From Amoebophrya sp. A120 (lineage: Eukaryota; Protista; Dinoflagellata), in NCBI GenBank assembly GCA_905178155.1, contig CAJINV010000012.1:864004-928003 (forward strand): DNA of 64,000 nucleotides, in the 5' to 3' direction. How positions within the stretch are numbered: position 1 is the stretch's first letter; every line of letters starts with the position of its first letter. The position numbers and the translations under genes are program-made. The notes under the pieces are model-generated. The model had not been told where the DNA came from. It saw only the letters and a list, made by a program, of their open reading frames with translations, and searched no databases. This document shows, piece by piece, positions 1 to 12,500 of the stretch.

Positions 1-550
1 TTGCAGCTTGCCGCTCTCTTGCAAGAGAGAATGGGAAACATGAATGGGTATAAAAATAAATATCAAAGCACCCACAATGATGAATCTATAATCTAAACAG
101 CGTTCTTCAGAAAGATTTTGATGATCTTCGAGAAGATATGTTGACGTTTGCAAGTAGAAACACATCGATCACGTGCAGCCTAGATAAACTTCGTTGACTC
201 ATTTGCATTTCATATTCCAGATACATAGAATTAGAATTCCTCTAGTCAACCTTCTGCGCACCCAGCTGGCTCCCGCCAGCACCGGGATAAAGTATACAGC
301 TTGCCGCTCTCTTTCAAGAGGGAAACGTGGATGGAAAGAAGTATTTTCTCAAAGTCCACACTGACGCTAAAATTGGTTTCGCTCCTACTAGGTTCCGCCG
401 GGAAAATTTGCCAGAGAACAAGAGCGACGAAGGCTCTAGAAGTACTCCTGTGGGCAAATGAATCATGGCATCATGTGCAACCTAGAAGTAGTAGACCTTG
501 AATTTTTTTTCTCTTTGTTCAAAAGAAAACTACTACAACCTCCTCACTGT

Positions 551-3500
551 TTATTTATTGTCCGGCGCCACCTGGTGCGCTCCCGGCTGACCGCTCCCCA
601 TGTTGATCCCCATCCCTGAATCACCACCAGCAGAATTGTCGATCGGCGGACTAGTCACAACGACTGTCACCGGTGGACCGACCAAATCCGCTTTTCCGGA
701 TGTCCGTGCGGTCTCATCGACGCCTGCTCCTGGGACTGCTGAGGACGACGAAGCTGCTGCTGCGCTATTTCCCATCGGCACCATCTGTGCGGTGGTCAAC
801 TGCGTCTGTTGTTGCTGCTGCATCTGTGGTGCTCCCTGCTCCATGTGGGATTTGGTGAATGTGTTGAAAATCTGTTCCAGACTCGTGGGGGAGATCGCGT
901 ACTCCTTGATCTTAAACTGGACCTTCACCGATTCCAATAGTCCGAACAACTGCCCAAGTTTCTTCTGGTCGGCGAAGATGCGAAAAGTGACCTGCTCACT
1001 ACCGCCCTGCGAATCGGTGAGGAAAGCGCCGGGGAAGGTCTGCGCCACGTAGTCGGTCAGGGTCAAACGGTAGACGGATTGGGTTAACCTGATTTGTATT
1101 CATTTTATTTTGCGTTGCTAGTGCAAGACCAAGATGCTTGTCATGGAGGACAGGAGCGCGCTGTGAAGCTGGAAATGCTCTACTTGAATAGAATCCCTTT
1201 GTTCATGTTCTGACTTAGAATTATGAAAGCCGCCCGCAACCTAAAAAAGAAAATCGTATACCAGTGCAGAATCACTTTCGCCTTGCAGGTTGACGCTTGC
1301 ATCTCCAGCAGCTCGTCGTTCCGGATCTTGTCCTATCAACTGTAAAAATGTCTGGGTCTGGAAACTTGTGATGCTGGGTGGCGTCTCATGATGAGGCCAC
1401 AAATGCTGGCGCAGCATGACAAGTTTCTGAGCTCCTAGGTGTTGCCTATTCTGCATGACAAACTGCGTTTCTGCATCACAGAAAAGCGGAGCTCTTGGGT
1501 AACGTGCATGACAGATTTAAGAGTCATGCCAGACAAGCATGACAAGCCTGGGAATCTTCCAGACCCAGACATTTTTGCATTTGATATGTCCTGCGGTTTG
1601 CTGCTCAGCCGCGCCACGCTCGCATACGGACTCGCACGCGAGGCGCGAAGTAAGAATTGAATCCGCTGCTGCAGTGGCCAAACTGGGTCGTACTGGTGGA
1701 GCAGTTGGCACAGGTGGATCAGCATGATGTTACTGTTCATCGCATTCACATCATCCGGATTCAACATCGCATTGCTACCCAGAAACGTCGTCCATAGTTG
1801 TTTTTGCTCCGTGAAACTCGGGGACTCTAACTTCACGTACAAATCAAACCCGTTTCCGTACTGCGCCTTGATTTCTGGTATCGATTATGCAATACAAATT
1901 TCCCGTACATGTAAAAGATGCATCACAAATTTATTCCCCAATTTGCCGTGTGAAACTTGTCATGCTAAACTAGGATCGAAGCCAAATTTTACCATGCAGA
2001 GACCGCATTTGTACGTCGTGTACGCGAAATTTACTGTGGATATCGATCCAAAGCACCGCATCACTCCCTGCGTCATGATAGTCACCTTCGTACACAGCGC
2101 CTCGCACTCGTCCATGCTGTGTGTCGTTAAAATCACGGTGCTGTGCTTCTGCTTCGTCGCGATTCTTTGGATGATCGACCACATGTTCCGCCTCGCTTCT
2201 GGGTCCATGCCCGCGGAAGGCTCGTCCAAAAACAGCACCGGCGGGGCGCCGATCAAGGACATCGCGATGACTAACTTCCGTTTGTTCCCCCCGGACAATG
2301 TGCCGGCTTTTTTGTATGAGAGTGCACAACTCCCCCTGCCCCTCCCCCTCATTTGTATAGCATGAGCAGCAACAGAAGCAATGCCACAAATGTAGCTTTT
2401 GCATGACAAATCCGTAAGTGGAATGTAGTCCCATTTGGGGGTTCAAAACTTGTCATGCGCAGAGTGCTTAAAGGCAAGGTGTGGATTAGGTATTTTGCAT
2501 GGCAAATGAGGGAAAGCGGGAGTTGTGAGCTGTCATAGTTTGTGCTTGTGAATCACAAGGTCCATGTCCTGGATCGTTTTGTCAATCGTCTCCTGGATAT
2601 CAAATGCAAAAGTGTCTGGGTCTGGATGATTGCAAATTGTCATGCTAAATCCGAATCAGGCAAAAAACTGTCTTGCATGACAGCCAAAAGTTGTGCACTT
2701 TTGACTTAATCGCGATGCAGTTTCTCATGCAGGATACATAGGCATTGGAAACAAGGCCTCGCAGAATCTGTCATGCTATGTCCTACATACCAGACCTCAT
2801 GGGTTATGAAAAACCTGCATGACAAATCTGGAAATCTTCCAGACCCAGACACTTTTGCAATCCATACTGGAAATACTCCGCCGGAACTCCCTTCACCAGG
2901 GCGTAAAACTCCAGTTGTATCCCAGAAAAAAAGTGTTACAGTTACACATTTGTTGTAGCTCCAGCATCACAAACTTGCTCGGCATGACAGACAAAAACAG
3001 AACTTGCTGCAATGCAGAGATCATAAGGAAAAACACACATGAAACTGGGCTCCTGTGCATACTCGGCATGACAGAGCAATGCTCTCTTGCTTAATCTGCA
3101 ACACAAAGTGTAACTGTAACACTTTGTTCTCGCGATAAGGTGCTCAATCACCGTCATGCTGTCCCAAATCGGGTTGGCTTGGGACGTGTAGCCGATAATT
3201 TTCCTGCACTCGTCCCGTTCTGTGTACATCGAGTGTCCGCCGATTTTGATTTCGGTCTGTTCATGCCGCGCTGGAACCGTGATTCCGCACAACATGCCGA
3301 TATGGCCTTCTCAACTCTTACACTCTCAGCGGTTACATGATTTCTCATGCAAAACGACCACGAGCCAGCAGACGATCAAGCTGCTTCGCATGACAAATTC
3401 TGGGAGGGCTAAATTAATAGCACTAGAATCCGCACCAAATCTTCTGTAAAAATGCAAGACGCGTAAGGTTCTCCCTCGTCTCGCCTGTGCTATTCTTGCA

Positions 3501-6500
3501 TTACACATTCATGAAAAAGTTGAGAATGTAACGTTTGAGAACGCCATACCGGAAGGTTGTGGTCTTCCCCGCGCCGTTCGCACCTAGTAGACCCAAAACC
3601 TCGCCCTTCTTCAGAGCGAACGAAACGTCTCTGACCGCATTGATCGTCGTTTTGTTCTTACACCTATCGAACAGCGCCTTCACGAGACTCGGGCAACAGA
3701 GACAGCAGGAGGTCAAACAGGATTCGCAGCAGTTCTTGTCGCTATCCGTTCTCTCCCCCTCTGCGCCGACGATATCCGCGATTTGGAAGACTTTGTTCAC
3801 GTTCTGGCACAAAACTCCGTACTGCTCTTTCACTGCTTCGTCGGAGATGTTTGACAAAGCAGTGGTTTCCTCGTTGAGGACCCCCTGGTCCCGGTACTGC
3901 CTTAGGTTCACCGGGTCATTTTTGTCGAAAGGAGCGACGGGCTCCATGTACTGCCGGTAGCGGACCTCCTGGGTCAAATAGTCCAACAAAACGACAATGC
4001 TGAAGTACAGGATGATCTCAATTCCCAAATACGTGATCGCCGGCCCCGCGCCGAACCGGTCGAAGATGTCCTGGCAGCACTCAAACGGCGCGACATTGTG
4101 CTCGTCGTACTCCTTCTCGCACTTTGCCCAGAACTATCCTGTGCAAAAGTATCGCACTCGTACTCGTAGTAATTGCAGTCATGCATAATTACAAATTTTC
4201 TTCGCAAGGTAAATCCGCATTACAAATCTTATGTGTCATGCTGACGGAATTTGTCATGCATTTATACAACGAGTACGATACTTTTGCAGTTCATAAGAAC
4301 GCGTCCGGAACCGACTCTGGGGGCGTCCCCTGCCAGTAGTAGGATGTGAAGAAAATCCGGCGGACTCCTTCCCCCAAAGAGTACATGGGCCAGAGACGGA
4401 GTAACGGGTATCCAAGAAAAAAAGTGTTACAGTTACACATTTGTAGTGAATTCAGCATCGCAAATCTCTCAGCATGAGAGAGAAAACTTGTAATGCAGAA
4501 ATCCTACGGGCAAACACCTATGAAAGGAGGCTCCTCTGCATATCCGGCATGCGCATGACAGAGCTTGTCTGTCTTGCTTGGCCTGCAACACAATGTGTAA
4601 CTGTAACACTTTTTTCTTGCGATAACGGGTCGAAGGTCTTTAGTAAGGACCGGGTCGTGTCGAACCGGATTAATTCAAGGAGTAACCCGACCAGGAAAAG
4701 CACAAACCCGAAAATCACATTCAAAACGATAGACACACTCATCGCAGAATCTGCGGACTTGAACTGCGTCGCCACGATGTAGGAAAACATATCATATGTA
4801 AAAACGTCCCCACCCCATAGTCAAATTGGGAACCTAGCAAGACAAATCCGCAAGTTTTGGGAGCCACGCATGAGAAGTTGCAGTCCGTAGTGTAGTGCAT
4901 GTTAGCAAGGACAACCACATCACAAATCCATCTGCTTATCCTGTTTACAGCATTACAAATTCCAAAACGCGATTGGAAATGCCTCTTATGTGGATGCGCA
5001 TTACAAATCTTCCTATAATCGCAAATCTGCATGACAACTATGGGGTGGGGACGTTTTTACTCAGGATAAAACAGCGGCATGGCCGCCGCGAAGAAGATCA
5101 GTAAACAGATCGGCGTATGAACTGCAAAAGCATCGCACTCGTAGTAGTTGCAGTCACGCATTACAAAGCTTTTTCTTGAGGTAAATCCGCATCACAAATT
5201 TTATTTCCCATGCTGAGGGAATTTGCAATGCATTCATAGGAGTGCGAGGATGCTTTTGCATTTCATACGACGCGCCGATCGCCCGGCTGTTGGTGAAGAG
5301 AGTCAAATCAAACGCCTCGAAGAGGAGTAGAATTGTGAAGATCGGGAACAGATAGAGCGAAAAGTCGTAGATCAGGTTGCTCAGCCAGTACCGTGTGATC
5401 CCGTATGCATTTTTGTAAAAGCATCGCACTACGTATCAACCAGCCATGCTCCGGCTACCGCCGGAGCGCAAGGCTGTTTGGCCGGGTTTGAACTGCTTGC
5501 GGACCGGACCACAGCGACATGCATACTTATGCCCCCGCAGCACCGTCTGCGCGCTTCCCGCGCCTAAGGGCGCTCTGCGCAGGGAGGAGCTACCACGAGC
5601 ATTGGGGCAGATGAACAGGAGGCACCTAGATGCCACACCACAGTCCGCTACGCATGCCTTTCGTTAATCAAGGTGAACCAAGAACCGACCCCGCCCCATT
5701 CCCCGGCGCCACTTTTTCAATGACTTCAGTGAGGGAGGGCGGCGCGAGAGGGTAGCGCGAGAGGGTGGCGCGAGAGGGTGCGCGAGAGGGTGGCGCGAGA
5801 GGGTGACGCGAGAGGGTGGCGCGAGAGGGCGGCGCGAGAGGGTGGCGCGAGAGGGTGGTGGGGGCAGGCGCCGAACAAAACAAGTCCGCGAAGGGCCTGC
5901 AATGCTACACATGGGGAATACCATGCGGATTCGCGCCCTCCACTTTGTGTCTTTACCCTCTCGCAGACCCCCCGCAGGCCCTCTCTTTTACCTCTTTTGG
6001 GGGTCCCCGCTAATAGTCCGGCTATACTCGCGGGTAGAGGTCGACAGAGGTGGCCCAGAGGTGGCCGAGAGGGTGCGCGAGAGGTTGGCCCTTATTCGCG
6101 CCACCTCTCTCGACCTCTGTCGACCTCTCGCGCCCCCTCTTTTTGACCTCTCTGCACCCTCTGAGGCACTTAGGCGCCGCCTTAAGGTGGGTCCTTCGGC
6201 GGGCTATACTCGCGCACCCTCTCGCCGACCCTCTCGAAAGGGGTCCCGCGCCACCTCTCCACCTCTGTCGACCTCTTTTTTACCTCTTTTGACCTCTTTT
6301 TGACCTCTCGACCACCTCTTGTTTGCCCTCTGTCTACCTCTTTTTTCGCATGAATATAATATATAGTAATTGCATTACAAATTTCCTCAGCATGAGAAAT
6401 GTGGAATTTTTGATGCGGATTTACCTTAAGAAAAAGACTTGGAATGCATGACTGCAATACGAGTACGATACTTGTTTTGCAGTTCATATCCCGACGCCGT

Positions 6501-9500
6501 TGACAAATTGCTGCACTTTCACTTCCTTCTCCTTCTCTTCCACGATAAAGACCAACGCGAAGCACGAGACAATATCAAGTGTAAAAATGTCTGGGTCTGG
6601 AAGAGTCATGCTGTTTCTGCATGACGCGGAAGGTCTGGCATGGAAGCTCTAGCATCACAGGTTTCGAGAAGCATCCGCAATGCCGAATCCGCATCACAAA
6701 TCCCTGACTTCTTTGGTGACAGAAAGTGGGAACTTTTGCTGCCTATGCATGAGAGATTTTTCTGTGTTCTGAAATGCGCATCACAAGCTTGTACTCTTCC
6801 AGACCCAGACAGTCTTACATTTGATAGACAAACCCGAAGGACAAAACGATCCCCATACCCAAAACAAACGCGGCGTCGTTCAACTCCGCCGTTCTTTCCG
6901 CGGCGGTTGTGGTATCAAATGCAAATTATGTCTGGGTCTGGAATCATGCGGGTTGTGCATGAGTCATGATGTCTGTGATGCGTGCCTTAGCATCACAGGT
7001 CTTTTGAGGGCGTCTCGATGCCTATTCCGCATGACAAATGCCCTCTCCGCGTAGCAAAAATCACATTCCCTTTGCTGCTCATGCAATACAGATTTTTTTG
7101 CAATCCAAATGCAGCATCACAAGTTGTATTCTTCCAGACCCAGACACTTTTGCAATTCATATGTGGGTAAAGGATGCAAGTACGGTATTCTTCTCCCGTG
7201 CTTCCCCGCATCCCTCGCCGCCGCGTTGTGGTACTGTTGCAGGAAAATCGCCGGGGCGTGAATTCCCGTTCCGTTCACTTTGATCACGACATTGTTCTTC
7301 TCACTTATCAAAAAAGCGCCGTACTTGGATTCCTCCTTCTTTGTCTGTTTCGTGTTATGCTCGAGCCAGTATGCATTGCAACTATGTCCGGGTCTGAAAC
7401 ACTAAAACTTCTCATGCTAAGTCTGGATCGTGCAAGAACTTTCTCATGCAGGATAGGAAGGCATGATAGGAATCGCAAAGAATCTGTCATGCCAGGTCCT
7501 GCATCGCAGACCCTTACCTCCCTGTGGGGCATGCAAAACACGCATGATAAGTCTTGTACTCTTCCAGACCCGCCAGACACATTTGCAATGGATAGCCAAT
7601 AATCCAAGTGAATCATTTGCTGGAAAAATCCGTACCAGGCCGGCTGCGGCTGCGTATCAAATGCAAATATGTCTGGGTCTGGAAATTTGTGATGCTGTGT
7701 GGCATATCATGAGGAGGCCACAATTGCTGGCTCAGCATGACAAGTTTCTGAGCTTCTAGGTGTTGCCTATTCTGCATGACAAACTACGTTTCTGCATGAC
7801 AGAAAAGTGGGGCTCTTTGGTAATGTGCATGACAGATTTAAGAGTCATGCCAGACAAGCATGACAAACTTGCATTTTTCCAGACCCAGACATTTTTACAT
7901 TTGATACTGCGTGAGACTCGCCAACGGGCCGGCGAGAGGCGTCGAAGAACTCGCCTGTGCCTGTTGCGTAGTTGTACTGGAATAAACATGGCTGTCGTCG
8001 TAGTTTTTGCTCAAAGCCGCGACTAATTCGCCCTGCTTGGCCGTTTTATCCACTGCCTTACAGCCCCCGTACGGAGACATCGCACCCCACTGCGCGTCAC
8101 CGGTTTTGTAGGTGAACTGCTCACAAGCATCCCAAGGGCAGGAGGACGCATACAGTGTATCATTCGCAATAAACGGCGCGTTGTGTAACCTCAATTCCGC
8201 CCCTAACCCGCTAGTTTCCAGCGCGGTGAAGCTCGCGGCTGGGTTGAAATCCTTCGCACTAACCGCCCCGGTAGCGGCTGCGACAGACCGTCTTTCGCTT
8301 TCGGATTCAATCTCCATGTTGTAGTGCGAGTCCGCGGTTAACTTCAGCCGATATGGGTGTGTCAGGATCGAAATCGTCAAAGTTGAAATAATTTGCAATG
8401 CAGAAAATGCATGACGCGAGGTACGTGTGTTGCAGAGCAGGCAAGCGAGGCCGATTGTAAGCCTGTTTGGGGTTAGAGCTCGAGCTGCTAAAGTAGCATG
8501 AGAAAATCAGTCTTCTTTGCCTAAACAGCATGACAAACTGGATTTAAGGACCACCAAAATTTGTCACGCGCCACTTGAAAACTGGGTCCCAACTGGCATC
8601 CATTTTATGCATGGCAAATCATTTCAACTTTGTCAATTTCAATCCAGACAGCTCCATAGCCTCGGCCAGTCGGACAAAGCGATCTTCGTGATGATAATGA
8701 TGATCAACAAATACACCACTGGACAGGTTAATTGGCAAATCGTCGTGCCCCAGTACCGCTTCCCGTTGATGAACCTTTTTTGCAAAAGCCCGTAGAGCAT
8801 CCGGGTGCTGCTGGGCTGGAGTTCCACGTAGCCCCAGGAACTGGATTTCCTGCCCGTACCCGGAACCGGGACGCCGACGGTTGTGTCGCTGTCCATGATC
8901 GCACCCAGGTTCTCCTTCGACCCGGTTTGGGTTCTTTCCAGTATTGTCTGCGCCAGCTTCTCTTCGCTATCTGCTTGATCCGACGCGACCTTCAAAAACA
9001 CCTCCTCCAAATTGCAGACGAGTAGTTGGTAAGAGATGATCCCGAAGTCCTGCTTTCTCTGCTCTAACAGCTCAAACGCCTTTGGGAACTTGTGGCTCAC
9101 TTCAAAGGGGACCAGAAACAGCATCTCGTTGCCCGCGGTCGTCATCAACTTGCATAAATGTCTGGGTCTGGAAGGGTGCAAGTTTGTCATGCTTGTCTGA
9201 CATGACTCTGAAATCTGTCATGCACATTACCCAAGAGCCCCACTTTTCTGAGATGCAGAAACGCAGTTGTTCATACAGAACAGGCAACACCTAGAAGCTT
9301 AGACACTTGTCATGCTGAGCCAGCACTTGTGGCCTCCTCATGATACGCCAGCCAGCATCACAAGTTTCCAGACCCAGACATTTTCGCATTTGATAGTCGT
9401 CATCAACTTGCAATCATTCTTCGACTGAAACACCTCTTCGTCCAGGAAATTCGAGAATTTCTCCACAATTTCTATCGCCGGCTTATGGGATTCTCAAGCG

Positions 9501-12500
9501 TTACATTCTCAAGTGTTACGTGATTTGTCATGCAAAAGCACCTAAAGCCGGCAGATGATCAAGCTGCTTCGCATGACAAATTTGGGAAGGACTAAACAGC
9601 GCCTAAATGTAAATCTGCGCCAAACTTGTAATGCAAAAGGCGCAATCTTCCTCCTTTCACTTTTGCCAGTCTACTTGCATTACAAATTCATGTAACAGTT
9701 GAGAGTGTAACGTTTGAGAACGCCATACGGCTGCGTGCAGTTGAAGGAGAGGTTGTACCCGCAGCCGTAGGCTTGTTTGAGGAACTGCGTAGTCCCGACG
9801 CACTTCACATTACCGTGCGACATGATCGCCACTCGGTCGGCCAACACGTCCGCTTCGTCCATGTAGTGGGTTGTCAAAACAATCACGCGGCCGGATTTTC
9901 GGGTGCGGAGGAGGTCCCAGATCTCCCGCCGGGCGGAGGTGTCCATGCCTGATAAATTGCATAAGTAATTGTAAATGCATGCTGTGCAATGCCTGCGTAG
10001 TTTTATCCACCATAGCGAAATGGTGATCATAGAGTGATAATTCTTGAATGCATCAGTGGCACCACATGTAGTAGTGAGTAGCTGCCAGTGCTGGCGCAAA
10101 CAAATGTGAATTCGCATCCGCAACAAGAAGTGGATGGCTTCTTACTTCATTTCCATAATCAAAAATACCGCTGCTCGGTTCATCCAGAAAGACCAAATTC
10201 GGGTTTCCCATGAACGCAATCGCCAGGGACAGTTTCCGCTGCATCCCTCCGGACAAAGTTTTCGCCAACGCGTTCTTCTTATCTTCCATCATCTGTTCGC
10301 GTAGCAACTCATCCGCTTGAATCAGCGCGTCGGATCGGCTCACGCCCTTGAAGTACGCGAATAAGAGCAAGTGCTCCAGCACTGTTAAATTTTCCCACAA
10401 TACGGAATGTTGCGGACAAATCCCTACCTTCCCGCGGTTCGCGGAGAGTTGCTGTTTACTGCTCAATCCGAAAAAGGAGCAATCCCCCTTGGTCATCGGG
10501 ATCAACCCGTACAGCATGGAGAAAGTGGTCGTTTTCCCCGCGCCGTTATGCCCCAGTAGAACGAAAATCTCATCCCGGTACATCGTCAAATTGATGTCAT
10601 TCACCGCGACAAACGGCTTTCCGTCCGCGGTTGTGTTCGTGTGGAATTCCTTCCGCAAGTTCCTGATTTTCACGCAGTCATTCTGCTGGTGAAGCTGCTG
10701 CTGCTGGTACGTCGGTTTCTCGAAAAACTTGGACAGAGTTGTGTCGTCTTTGCTGAAATTCGATTCTTCCCCTTTGGATTGCTGCCGGGTCAGTTGCGGT
10801 TCTTGTGCTAAATCTGACGGATTCAGTGCTCCTTTATCTACTGCTCCTGCCTGCAGCTCACTGGTGCCTCTATCCGCGTCGGATTTCGCATCGAAGATGC
10901 CGAACACGTCCTCCTTCCAGAAAGTCTTCGTGAACGGAAAGTACCAAACCCGCGGGATGCCGTACTCACTTGGCGTTACTTGGTCAGCGTAGACGAAGAG
11001 GCACGTGTACCAAATGATTCCGACTATCGACATGAGAATACAGTCTAGGAAGGAAAAATCCGTCGTTTTACTCGTAATTCGTAGCCCCACCGTGTCAATC
11101 GTCACGCCATCAGTCCTATGGACTGCAAAAGTATCGTTACTCGTATATTAAATGCATTACAAATTTCCTCCGCATGAAAAATTAAAACTAAAATTTGTAA
11201 TGCGGATTTACCTCAACAAAAAGATTTGTAATCCATGCATGACTGCAATACGAGTACGATACTTTTGCACAGGATAAGTCCGCATCTCCAGCTCGTACCA
11301 GACTCGCAGAGCATATGTCACAGTTGTCCCCGGACACCACATCACGATGAACCGGCGAAACGCGATCCGTATCCATTGCAAATATCTCTGGGTCTGGAAA
11401 CTTGTGATGCAAGGAAGTGGGAACAGTCAGCACTTTGTAATGCGCTGCCAAGCATGACAAGTTTTTCCGTGGTTCTGAGTTGCGTATTCCGCATGAGAAA
11501 CTTCGTTTTTGTATGACATGCAAGAGGAGCCCTTTGCGGTATCGCAACACAAATTGCAGAGTCATGCCATACTAGCATGACAAATCTCGCAACTTGCCAG
11601 TAGACCCAGATGACATATTTGCATTTGATAATCCGCCCGGCGGAGGTCCAGGACACGTCCAACGTCGGCAGCAACACGGAGAACAAACCCGACAAGCTTA
11701 CGATCCCCGTGCACGCGATTTTTCCGAAGGTTGCGTTGCTGAAGAACGTGGTCAAGAACAGCGCGAACTGCGTGCAGTGCACGGAGGAGACCCAGAAAAA
11801 CCAGAACAGCCACCCCCCACCGGAATACTTCTGCCAGTCCGGGAGAACGGCCCACACCAGCATCAGAATGCACGCAACGAAGAAGCCGAAAATCGTGTGA
11901 AAGATGCTGACCGCGAAGTAATAGGACAAGTCGTACAGGCCCATGATTTATGAACTGCAAAAGCATCGCACTCGTATAAATGCATTACAAATTTTCTCAG
12001 CATGAGAAATTTGTAATGCAAGACCTGCATTTATACGAGTACGATACTTTTGCACGGGATATGATTTTCATCCCCTCCCGGATCTTCAGCTCCTTCTCCC
12101 GTAAAATTCTTCTACGCAATGCAAAAGCATCGTACTCGTAGTAATTGCATTTATGCATTACAAATCTCTTTCTCGAGGCAAAGCAGCATTACAAACTCCA
12201 TTTGTAATGCTGAGGAAATTTGTAATGCGATTTCTACTACTTAGTACGATGTTTTTGCATTTCCTATCTTCCGATCAATGGCAAAATCGGGATGCACAGT
12301 CCGAAAAAGACACTGTCCGCCATGTTATGCAATGTAAATTTCCCGTACATGTACAAAATGCATGACAAATTTCGCCAACTTGCAGTGTTCGACTTGTCAT
12401 GCTAGAGTAGGATTGAAGGCAAGCTTTGTCATGCAGAGACTGCATTTGTACGTCGTGTACGGGAAATTTACTGTGGATACATGTCATCATTTTCGCCCAA

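Noticed and set aside
5-334. Short direct repeat CAGCTTGCCGCTCTCTT at about 5 and 297
   Set aside because: Only two copies at the window edge; cannot be interpreted.
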